Shown here: piece after piece, positions 36,148-43,997 of the stretch
How positions within the stretch are numbered: position 1 is the stretch's first letter
Layout of the letters: each line of letters opens with the position of its first letter
Assembly: GCA_012518645.1 (NCBI GenBank)
Contig: JAAYRS010000124.1
Span: 1 to 45,784, forward strand
From: Bacillota bacterium
Lineage (GTDB): Bacteria; Bacillota; Limnochordia; Darwinibacteriales; Darwinibacteriaceae
Reading direction: 5' to 3'
DNA length: 45,784 bases
Program-made: the position numbers and the translations under genes
The notes under the pieces: model-generated
Told to the model about the DNA's origin: nothing
The model's input: only the letters and a program-made list of their open reading frames with translations
Databases searched by the model: none

Positions 36148-36384
36148 GTGAAAAGCTTAGTAGAATTTCTAGGGCAATCTTTAGCCGAGTTCCCGGATCA
36201 GGTTTCCGTAGAGGAAGTGGACAAAGGTTATGAAACTGTCTATCAACTTTATGTGGCCCCGGAAGATATGGGCCGCCTTATTGGTAAGCAGGGCAGTATT
36301 GCTAGGGCAATCAGGACGATTGTGAAAGCAGCAGCGATCAAATCCGGAGCCCAGGTCCATGTTAAGATCAATGAAAACCAATAA
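36148..36384 (+). CDS. KH-domain RNA-binding protein (YlqC-like)
   Basis: 78 aa with the GxxG loop RLIGKQGSIARAIRT. Conserved position between rpsP and rimM. Confidence 0.85.
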   Translation: MKSLVEFLGQSLAEFPDQVSVEEVDKGYETVYQLYVAPEDMGRLIGKQGSIARAIRTIVKAAAIKSGAQVHVKINENQ

Positions 36385-36901
36385 ATGGATTGTAATTGGA
36401 GAAATTGTGGGTACCCAAGGGAACCGGGGGGAGATTAAAGTCCAGGTGCATACAGAATTCCCGGAGCGGTTTTCTGAAATGGATTCCGTTCGCTTGTTTC
36501 ACCAGGAGCAGTTTTTTCAGGTTTTTAAGGTTGAAAACAGCCGGAACCAAAAGGGTTTTTCTATTTTGAAACTGGCAGGTGTGGATCGCATTGACGAGGC
36601 GGAAAAGCTTAGGGGAATGCTGATTAAGGTTGGTCTGGATGAAGTTATGCCCTTACCGCCGGGACGGCACTATATTTTTGAGCTGATTGGTTTGGAATGT
36701 ATCACAACTTCCGGCCAAAACCTGGGTGTGATCAGCGATGTTCTCCAAACCGGCGCCAACGATGTTTACGTTGTGGATCCCCATCCTGGCGTAACAGCGC
36801 TAAAAGAGATCCTAATTCCAGTTATTGATGAAGTGGTTTTGGAGATTAGCCCTGCCCAGGGGCGGGTTGTTGTAAAACTGCTGGACGGTTTATTAGATTA
36901 G
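36371..36901 (+). CDS. rimM: 16S rRNA processing protein RimM
   Basis: MKTNKWIVIGEIVGTQGNRGEIKV parallels the usual RimM N-terminus (..vGkI...hG.kGEvkv), and a PRC barrel forms the C-terminus. ATG 36359 is an alternative start. Confidence 0.85.
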   Translation: MKTNKWIVIGEIVGTQGNRGEIKVQVHTEFPERFSEMDSVRLFHQEQFFQVFKVENSRNQKGFSILKLAGVDRIDEAEKLRGMLIKVGLDEVMPLPPGRHYIFELIGLECITTSGQNLGVISDVLQTGANDVYVVDPHPGVTALKEILIPVIDEVVLEISPAQGRVVVKLLDGLLD

Positions 36902-36918
36902 CAATGGTGGTGAGCGAG

Positions 36919-37662
36919 ATGCGTTTCGATATCCTCACCTTGTTCCCTGAAATGTTTTCGGGGCCTTTAAACACCAGTATTCTCGGGAAGGCTAGGGCTA
37001 ACGGTCTACTTTCCGTAAATCTTTGGGATATCCGTGACAGCGCTCTTGATAAGCATCGTATTGTCGATGACACTCCTTATGGCGGAGGCGCGGGTATGGT
37101 CCTTAAGCCGGATGTTCTGGTGCGGGCCATTGAAAGCGTGCCTCATTCAGCGCAAGCACCGGTGATCTATTTGACACCTCAAGGTAAGGTTTTTAATCAA
37201 AAGCTAGCTGAAGAGTTAGCCCGAGAGCCTCATTTAATCTTGGTCAGCGGCCACTATGAAGAGATTGATGAACGGGTGCGCCAAGGTTGGGTGGATTTGG
37301 AGCTCTCTATCGGGGACTACGTTCTCACAGGCGGCGAACTGCCGGCCTTGGTGGTCGTAGATGCTGTATCTAGGCATATACCCGGGGTGTTGGGAGATGA
37401 CCGATCTGCCCAGGAAGATTCCTTTCAGGACGATCTTTTGGATCACCCTCATTACACCCGGCCTTATAGCTTTCGGGGAAAAGAGGTCCCTCAGGTTCTG
37501 CTTAGCGGCCATCACGAGCTGATTCGGCGCTGGAGGTTAAAAGAGGCTTTACGCCGCACTATGCTGAGGCGCCCTGACTTATTGGAACGGAGAAATTTTT
37601 CAAAGGAAGAAAAGGATATTTTAGATGAAATTAAAAAGGAGCATTACAAGGAGAGGAGGTAA
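36919..37662 (+). CDS. trmD: tRNA (guanine37-N1)-methyltransferase
   Basis: Motifs MRFDILTLFPEMF, YGGGAGMVL, SGHYEEIDERV. An upstream in-frame ATG at 36904 is possible. Confidence 0.9.
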   Translation: MRFDILTLFPEMFSGPLNTSILGKARANGLLSVNLWDIRDSALDKHRIVDDTPYGGGAGMVLKPDVLVRAIESVPHSAQAPVIYLTPQGKVFNQKLAEELAREPHLILVSGHYEEIDERVRQGWVDLELSIGDYVLTGGELPALVVVDAVSRHIPGVLGDDRSAQEDSFQDDLLDHPHYTRPYSFRGKEVPQVLLSGHHELIRRWRLKEALRRTMLRRPDLLERRNFSKEEKDILDEIKKEHYKERR

Positions 37663-37668
37663 AAGTCA

Positions 37669-38013
37669 ATGGATCTGATTAAAGCGATTGAAAGAGAACA
37701 GCTGCGTTCAGATATACCTAAGTTTGATGCCGGGGACACAGTGAGAGTCCATGCCAAGGTCGTGGAGGGCTCCAACGAAAGGATCCAGATTTTTGAAGGA
37801 GTCGTCTTACGAAGAATTGGTGATGGGGCGCGGGAAAGTTTTACTGTGCGCAAAGTGACCCAAGGTGTTGGCGTAGAGAGAACTTTTGCAGTAAATTCAC
37901 CGCGGGTCGAGAAAGTCGAAGTAGTTCGCCGCGGCAAGGTCCGCAGGGCCCGTCTTTACTATCTGCGAGAGCGTTTTGGCAGGGCTGCCCGGATCAAAGA
38001 AAGAAGACGCTAA
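37669..38013 (+). CDS. rplS: 50S ribosomal protein L19
   Basis: [28 protein letters not shown]...RKV..GVGVER. Confidence 0.95.
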   Translation: MDLIKAIEREQLRSDIPKFDAGDTVRVHAKVVEGSNERIQIFEGVVLRRIGDGARESFTVRKVTQGVGVERTFAVNSPRVEKVEVVRRGKVRRARLYYLRERFGRAARIKERRR

Positions 38014-38016
38014 TCT

Positions 38017-38046
38017 CAGAGGGGTGGAACGCATTCCTCTTTTTGT
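38017..38046 (+). terminator. probable terminator after rplS
   Basis: Imperfect hairpin AGAGGGGTGGAA, loc cgca, TTCCTCT followed by TTTTG. Confidence 0.45.
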
Positions 38047-38076
38047 GACACTGGAAAACTAAGGGGGAAGTGGGAA

Positions 38077-38643
38077 ATGTCGAAAACGCAAATTAGGGAA
38101 TACGTAGAATCCCTGGCCATTGCCATCGTATTGGCTTTGTTTATCATCACTTTTATTGCCCAATCTTTCTTAGTGGAAGGCAGCTCTATGGAACCCTCTT
38201 TACACCACGGACAGCGTCTTTTGGTGGAAAAGGTTTCTTATCGTTTCGGTGAACCTCAACGCGGTGAAATTATTGTTTTCAAATATCCCGGGGATCGCCG
38301 GCGCAAATTTATAAAACGGGTGATCGGTGTCCCCGGTGATGAAGTCTTGATTAAAAACGGATTCCTTTATATCAACGGTGTTCGCCTTGAGGAAGATTTT
38401 ATTAACGGCCCTACTTATGGTTCCTATAGTGCGCCCAGCCACGGACCCCTTTCTGTCCCTCTTGATCACTATTTTGTTCTTGGAGATAATCGGCGCAATA
38501 GCGACGATAGCCGCTATCCCGATGTTGGGTTTATCCCCAAAAAAGAGATTGTTGGGCGTGCTCTTTTTGTTTATTGGCCTTTAACCCAGATAGGATTGGC
38601 GAAAGTCCCTCCAGTTTATGAAAGGGCTGAGCAGACTCAATGA
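38077..38643 (+). CDS. lepB: signal peptidase I
   Basis: N-terminal TM segment. Catalytic Ser box GSSMEPSL, Lys box KRVIGVPGD, and GDNRRNSDDSR. Confidence 0.9.
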   Translation: MSKTQIREYVESLAIAIVLALFIITFIAQSFLVEGSSMEPSLHHGQRLLVEKVSYRFGEPQRGEIIVFKYPGDRRRKFIKRVIGVPGDEVLIKNGFLYINGVRLEEDFINGPTYGSYSAPSHGPLSVPLDHYFVLGDNRRNSDDSRYPDVGFIPKKEIVGRALFVYWPLTQIGLAKVPPVYERAEQTQ

Positions 38644-39452
38644 CCATCCAATGGTACCCTGGCCATATGACCCGGGCCAAACGGATTATTCGGGAAGACT
38701 TGAAAATTGTAGACGGGGTAATTGAAGTAATTGATGCTCGTGTACCCTTGAGCAGCCGCAACCCAAATTTTCGGGATTTAACTTCCAAACCCCGTATTTT
38801 GGCCCTGGCCAAAATCGATTTAGCTGACGCCGGCTTAACCGCGGAGTGGCTTAATTATTGGAGGGACCGAGGAGAGCGGGCTTTGGGCCTCGATCTTCTG
38901 GCAGACAGGGGCTTAAGGGATATTGTTAGTACGGTGCAGGAGCTGTTTCCCACCTTGAATAGAAACCCGCGCCTTTTGGTGATGGGGATCCCTAATGTGG
39001 GCAAATCTACCTTAATTAATCGCTTAACAAAAAGAAGAGGGGCGAGGGTAGGGGCTCGCCCCGGGGTTACCAGGGGGAAACAGTGGCTGGCGGCCTCCGG
39101 CATGCAGCTTCTGGACAGTCCGGGAATTTTGTGGCCGAAATTTGAAGATCAAGAGGTTGCCCGCAAACTAGCTTTAGTTGCCTCTATTCGCGACGAGGTT
39201 TTCGATCAGGTTGAAATCGCCTGGTGGCTTTTAAACTACCTGGCTGAAAACTACCTCGGCAACCTTAAAGAGCGCTACGGAAAATTAGATAAGGCCTATC
39301 CCTTAGAAGATATCGGGCAGAAGCGAGGCTGCCTGCTTCCGGGGGGAGTGGTGGATTTAAATCAAGCTGCGGCAGTTGTCCTAAAGGATTTTCGTACCGG
39401 CAAACTAGGCCCAATCACTTTAGACGGAAAGCCGCCAAAAGCGGAAGTGTGA
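38640..39452 (+). CDS. rbgA: ribosome biogenesis GTPase A (YlqF)
   Basis: IQWYPGHMTRA. Permuted GTPase: LAKIDL precedes GIPNVGKSTLINRL. ATGA overlap with lepB. Confidence 0.9.
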   Translation: MTIQWYPGHMTRAKRIIREDLKIVDGVIEVIDARVPLSSRNPNFRDLTSKPRILALAKIDLADAGLTAEWLNYWRDRGERALGLDLLADRGLRDIVSTVQELFPTLNRNPRLLVMGIPNVGKSTLINRLTKRRGARVGARPGVTRGKQWLAASGMQLLDSPGILWPKFEDQEVARKLALVASIRDEVFDQVEIAWWLLNYLAENYLGNLKERYGKLDKAYPLEDIGQKRGCLLPGGVVDLNQAAAVVLKDFRTGKLGPITLDGKPPKAEV

Positions 39453-39455
39453 TCG

Positions 39456-40043
39456 GTGCGTAGATTAGAATTAAACCTGCAAAGCCGCGGTTATGACAGA
39501 ATTATAGGGATAGACGAGGCCGGGCGGGGGCCCTTAGCGGGCCCGGTGGTGGCCGCGGCCGTTCAAATTGTCCCCAAAAATTTCTCGGCGTTAATTACAG
39601 ATTCGAAACAGCTCTCCCCTAAAAAACGGAAACTAGCTTACGAAGAAATATTAAGCACTTGTTTTGTTGGAGTGGGAATGGCCTTAACCTGGGAGATAGA
39701 TCAATTCAATATTTTAGAGGCAACTTTTATTGCAATGCGCAGAGCGATCCAAATCCTCCCTTTTCAGCCGGGCTTCTGTCTGGTAGACGGGCCCCTTCCC
39801 ATTCCGGAATTAGGTTGCCCCCAGAAAGCAGTTATTGGCGGTGACGGGATTTCCTTAGCCATCGCGGCTGCCAGCATTGTTGCCAAAGTGGAACGCGACG
39901 AGCTTATGAAATACTACGATCAGATTTATCCCGGGTACGGTTTTCACCAAAATAAAGGGTACGGCACAAAGGCTCATCGCCAAGCAATCTTAGAGAAGGG
40001 CAGCTGCCCTCAACATCGTTTTAGTTTCCGAGGTGTAGTTTGA
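39456..40043 (+). CDS. rnhB: ribonuclease HII
   Basis: Motifs GIDEAGRGPLAGPVV, DSKQLS, GDG.S..IAAASI.AK. GTG start. Confidence 0.9.
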   Translation: MRRLELNLQSRGYDRIIGIDEAGRGPLAGPVVAAAVQIVPKNFSALITDSKQLSPKKRKLAYEEILSTCFVGVGMALTWEIDQFNILEATFIAMRRAIQILPFQPGFCLVDGPLPIPELGCPQKAVIGGDGISLAIAAASIVAKVERDELMKYYDQIYPGYGFHQNKGYGTKAHRQAILEKGSCPQHRFSFRGVV

Positions 40044-40159
40044 TAAATATGGGTAAAATAGGAGGGGGCCCTTTTTGCTTGTGTCCGCTTTGATCCGATT
40101 AACATCGGCCCCGGAAAACCGAAATTTAGACTTAAATGGGTGAAGGGAGCCTTCGAATA

Positions 40160-41314
40160 ATGAAATCAACTAAAATCACATTTATTGTATTTCTTCTTCT
40201 TTTTATTTCAGGAATCGGCTGTGCCCAATCCGTCCCTTCCTTGGAGCTGGAATCTGCCGCGGCGATACTTATGGATTACGATTCAGGGCAGATCCTCTTT
40301 TCTAAAAATGAAAAAGATACCCGTGTTCCGGCAAGCCTAGCCAAGGTGATGACTTTGTATGTCGCCTTTGATCAGATTGCAGCGGGGAAAGCTGATTTTA
40401 ATGATACAACCCAAGTTACTGAGGATGCTTGGAGAGTTGGGGGTTCCCAAATGTTTTTGGAACCTAGGGAAACGGTCACGGTGGAGCAATTATTGTTAGG
40501 CATCACTGTGGTTTCGGGAAACGATGCCTGTGTTGCCTTGGCCCAAGCCTTGGCCGGGACCGAAGCATTATATGTACAATGGATGAATGAAAAGGCTCAC
40601 GCTTTAGGCCTTAATCTTCATTTCACCGATGTGCACGGCCTCGGGGATAGCAATCGCGTTACTGCCGAAGATTTGGCTTATTTGGTCCGTTCTTACTTAA
40701 AGGACCATCCCCAGGCCCTCCGCTTCCATCAGCAGCCATCTTTTGCCTATCAGCCCCGTTCGGCGCAAGTCCCTATTGAACAACCGAATAGAAACGGCCT
40801 TTTAAGAAGTTTCGAAGGGGCCGATGGCCTCAAAACAGGCCACCTGGAAGCTGCAGGATATAATTTAATCGGGACGGCTGTGCGGAATAACAGAAGGCTA
40901 ATTAGCGTGGTTTTAGGTGCTCGAAGTGAAAGCCAGCGGGAAAAGGAAACGATTTCTCTTCTCAACTACGGCTTTAAAAACTTTGACTTGATTGATATTT
41001 CTCGCTTTCTTGAAGATAAAACCGCCGTAGTGTATAAGGGTAAAGAGCAGGAGGTCGGTCTTTTCCTGGAGGAGCCTTTCCTAACTATTCCCAAGGGCAT
41101 CCAAGAAGGGGTAAGTATTTCCTTCCAAACCAACTATGTCGAGGCGCCAATCCAAAAGGGTGATGAAGTAGGGGTTCTAAGTGTATTACTAAACGACCGG
41201 CCCTTAAAGGAAAGCCCCCTCTTAGCTGTAAAAAGCATTGAACGGGGCGGGTTCATTAGAATTATCTGGGATAGTGTTGTCTTGTTTCTCCGTGACTTGA
41301 TCAAAAGGCGTTAG
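40160..41314 (+). CDS. D-alanyl-D-alanine carboxypeptidase (peptidase S11, PBP5/DacB-like)
   Basis: Signal peptide starting at ATG 40160. Motifs PASLAKVMT (SxxK), SGND (SxN), KTGH (KTG). C-terminal PBP5-type domain and a hydrophobic tail. Confidence 0.85.
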   Translation: MKSTKITFIVFLLLFISGIGCAQSVPSLELESAAAILMDYDSGQILFSKNEKDTRVPASLAKVMTLYVAFDQIAAGKADFNDTTQVTEDAWRVGGSQMFLEPRETVTVEQLLLGITVVSGNDACVALAQALAGTEALYVQWMNEKAHALGLNLHFTDVHGLGDSNRVTAEDLAYLVRSYLKDHPQALRFHQQPSFAYQPRSAQVPIEQPNRNGLLRSFEGADGLKTGHLEAAGYNLIGTAVRNNRRLISVVLGARSESQREKETISLLNYGFKNFDLIDISRFLEDKTAVVYKGKEQEVGLFLEEPFLTIPKGIQEGVSISFQTNYVEAPIQKGDEVGVLSVLLNDRPLKESPLLAVKSIERGGFIRIIWDSVVLFLRDLIKRR

Positions 41315-41465
41315 AAATTGCTGCCAAGGACTTGCTCTCTCTAGAGCCAGTCTTTTTTTATGCGAAAAATATTATTTTTACAAGGAATTTTACGCATTTC
41401 GCAGAAAGAAGTAAGTGAATAGATGTTTTTCTATAAAAATAATGGTTAGGAAAGGAGTGCAATCA

Positions 41466-41954
41466 GTGAAAGCATCTTTGTTAGATCATTTAGACAAACA
41501 GATTCTTGCTTATCTTCAAGAGGACGGCAGAATTACTTTTGTTGATCTCGCTGCCCGCTTGGATGTCTCCGAAGGGACAATTAGGAAAAGAGTAAAGCGT
41601 TTAGAAGAAGAAGGGGTAGTTAAAACCATGGGGATCAGCGACCCTTTAAAAATGGGCCTAGATACCGTGGCTTTCATCTGGTTTAAAATTAATCGGCATT
41701 ATATGGATTCGGTTATAAAAGAGCTAAGTGAACTGGAAGCCGTGCGCTACCTGGTGGTAACAACAGGCAGCCACGATCTTGTGGCTATGGTCGTTCTGCC
41801 GGATCGGGATAAGCTGGTATCACTGCTCAATAAGAAAATGGCCCAAATTGAAGGTATTGTAGGGACTGAAACCTCTATTGTCCTTCGGATTCATAAACAA
41901 GTGGACGATTGGGCCCCTTTTCAATCTGTAAAACTGGAGGGGAATGGAGAATGA
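41466..41954 (+). CDS. Lrp/AsnC-family transcriptional regulator
   Basis: GTG 41466, 7 nt after AGGAAAGGAG. HTH LDHLDKQILAYLQEDGRITFVDLAARLDVSEGTIRKRVKRLEEEGVV plus a RAM-like effector domain. Confidence 0.8.
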   Translation: MKASLLDHLDKQILAYLQEDGRITFVDLAARLDVSEGTIRKRVKRLEEEGVVKTMGISDPLKMGLDTVAFIWFKINRHYMDSVIKELSELEAVRYLVVTTGSHDLVAMVVLPDRDKLVSLLNKKMAQIEGIVGTETSIVLRIHKQVDDWAPFQSVKLEGNGE

Positions 41955-42415
41955 GTACTTTTGCTTTAGATGAACTGGATCGCGAAATTATCCGGCTGCT
42001 TCAGGCTGATGGGCGCATGCCTTTTCTAAAAATTGCTAACCGGCTCGGTTTAGCGGAAGGTACCGTCCGCCGCAGGGTTGCCAAGCTGTTAGAAGAAAAA
42101 GTGGTTCGAATCGTGGGGATAACCGATCCCTTTAAAGTAGGGCTCAACACAGTCGCAGTAGTAGGACTGAAAGTAGAACGCTCCCAAATCGACGAAATCG
42201 CCTCGGCCTTAAGCGAACTCACAGAAGTACGTTACGCCGCCTTATCAACTGGTAATTATGATTTGGTTATTGAAGTCGTGGTTGCCAATAATGATCAGCT
42301 ACTAACATTTTTGGTGGAAACCTTAAGCGACATTCCCGGAATCAATAACACCGGAACATCCATCGTTTTGAAAGTAGCGAAAGAGGACCTGGCTTGGGAC
42401 ATTCCCGATCAGTAA
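41951..42415 (+). CDS. Lrp/AsnC-family transcriptional regulator (paralog of the preceding gene)
   Basis: ATG 41951 (ATGA overlap with the upstream stop). LDELDREIIRLLQADGRMPFLKIANRLGLAEGTVRRRVAKLLEEKVV plus a RAM-like domain. Confidence 0.8.
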   Translation: MSTFALDELDREIIRLLQADGRMPFLKIANRLGLAEGTVRRRVAKLLEEKVVRIVGITDPFKVGLNTVAVVGLKVERSQIDEIASALSELTEVRYAALSTGNYDLVIEVVVANNDQLLTFLVETLSDIPGINNTGTSIVLKVAKEDLAWDIPDQ

Positions 42416-42522
42416 AACCTATTGGGGATAAGGGCCGGTTTCCGGACATCTGTTGTTACCTGGGGAGATCTCTCCCCCCTTTCGTTCTGCCTGCGTGATC
42501 TGGGCCGAATTATAACTTAGGC

Positions 42523-42552
42523 TTGACTTGTATGTCAGACTATTGGTATAAT
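42523..42552 (+). promoter_or_regulatory. sigma-A promoter upstream of the zinc-ribbon ORF and dprA
   Basis: TTGACT (42523-42528), 18-nt spacer, TATAAT (42547-42552), with an extended -10 TG (TGGTATAAT). Confidence 0.6.
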
Positions 42553-42640
42553 TAACACAATTGGGAATACCCCCCTGGAACATAGAATTTATTCTTACTC
42601 GGCATGCTAGTAGAGATAAAGCTCTTTAGGGGGTAAAAAA

Positions 42641-42874
42641 TTGCAGTTTGAAGTAGGTACCACGCGCATTTTTCACTGTCCCGCTTGCGAGGTGGATACA
42701 CCGCATTTGGTAAAAGCTCGTAAAGGTGAAATGTACGGCATTGTCTGTACCAATTGTTTAGGCGGGGCGGTTGTTAGTGAGCTTGATCTTCGCGTTTACC
42801 AATTAAAATGGGAAGAAGAATTGCAAGCCATTTTAGATAGCCTGATTGATCAGCCTTTTGGCGATGAGGAATAA
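42641..42874 (+). CDS. small zinc-ribbon protein of unknown function
   Basis: 77 aa. TTG start 6 nt after a GGGGGT SD. Two CxxC pairs (CPAC...CTNC) and an acidic C-terminus. Lies 14 nt upstream of dprA. Confidence 0.5.
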   Translation: MQFEVGTTRIFHCPACEVDTPHLVKARKGEMYGIVCTNCLGGAVVSELDLRVYQLKWEEELQAILDSLIDQPFGDEE

Positions 42875-42888
42875 ACAAGGAGGGCGAA

Positions 42889-43767
42889 ATGAAAGGAAAT
42901 TCACGCCAATATTTGATTGCTTTTAACATGATCTCCGGGATAGGGGGCCGCCGGCTGTTGGCTTTACAAAAGTCTTTTGGATCTTTAGGTGCAGCTTGGC
43001 GTGCTTCTCGCCAAGCTCTTTTAAAGGTACCGGGTATTGGCACCAAATTGGCGGCAAATATCTGCGGTCAGCGAAGTTCAATTTGCCCGTACCAAGAAGA
43101 ACGCTGGGCGCAATCTTTGGGAGCAGAGATCGTAACCTTGGCGGATCCTAATTACCCTCGAGTTTTAGAGCGCCTCGCGGTTCCGCCCCCGGTTCTATAC
43201 GTTCGGGGCAGCCTGCCGCAAAAGAAGGGAATTGCTGTTGTCGGCAGCAGGCGCCCGTCCCTCAGCGGTGTTGAGGAAGTGCGTAAGTTTACCCGGGCTT
43301 TGGCCCGCCAAGGGATAGCTATTATTTCCGGAATGGCCAGGGGTATCGATTTTCACGCGCACCAAAGCGCTTTAAATGCTGCCGGGTATACCGCGGCTGT
43401 ATTAGGATCGAACTTGGGATCGCTTTACCCGGCGGAACACAGCGCGCTGGCCGAAAAAATTGCCGAGAGCGGGGCGGTCCTTACCGAGTTTTCCAGCCGC
43501 TGCCCAACTGTGCCGGGAAACTTTCCCCGGAGAAACAGAATAATTGCCGGTCTTTCCCAGGCAGTTTTGGTGGTCCAAGCCTCCCGTAAATCCGGTGCAA
43601 TTAATACTGCCAACTGGGCTTTGGAATTGGGGTTAGATGTCTGGGCGATTCCCGGTGACATAAGTGATCCCCTCCGCCAAGGTACTAATAACTTAATTAA
43701 AGAAGGGGCTTTTCCGGCGACTGAGGTTGATGATTTGTTAGATTATAGCTGTGCTTGGGGCCATTAG
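42889..43767 (+). CDS. dprA: DNA-processing protein DprA (Smf)
   Basis: Rossmann-like core motifs VVGSRRPS, ISGMARGID, FPRRNRIIAGL. Conserved position upstream of topA. Confidence 0.9.
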   Translation: MKGNSRQYLIAFNMISGIGGRRLLALQKSFGSLGAAWRASRQALLKVPGIGTKLAANICGQRSSICPYQEERWAQSLGAEIVTLADPNYPRVLERLAVPPPVLYVRGSLPQKKGIAVVGSRRPSLSGVEEVRKFTRALARQGIAIISGMARGIDFHAHQSALNAAGYTAAVLGSNLGSLYPAEHSALAEKIAESGAVLTEFSSRCPTVPGNFPRRNRIIAGLSQAVLVVQASRKSGAINTANWALELGLDVWAIPGDISDPLRQGTNNLIKEGAFPATEVDDLLDYSCAWGH

Positions 43768-43862
43768 CGGGTCAGCGTTCTTTTCCCTGTTGTTCCCGTG
43801 TTCAGCTGAGACAAGAGTCCCTTGTAGCAAAACACAGCTGCGGTTGCAGACGCGGCCTTCCC

Positions 43863-43891
43863 TTGCATATTCGAGCTAAAACTACTATAAT
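43863..43891 (+). promoter_or_regulatory. putative sigma-A promoter of topA
   Basis: TTGCAT (43863-43868), 17-nt spacer, TATAAT (43886-43891). Confidence 0.5.
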
Positions 43892-43997
43892 GATCATGAT
43901 TCTGAAGTAGATTTAAGGTTAAAGTGGGTTTAAGGCCCAGTACCTATTGATGAAAAGAAAACTAAGTTTTCTTTTTAAATTGCTCGGAGGTGTCCGA

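Noticed and set aside
41466-42415. The Lrp/AsnC pair as siroheme decarboxylase AhbA/AhbB (NirDL-like).
   Set aside because: The sequences lack the motifs I associate with AhbA/B (RPY/RPF after the HTH, IIRR.GA, THNY). They show the ordinary Lrp pattern (..GI.DP.K.GL..) with a RAM domain.
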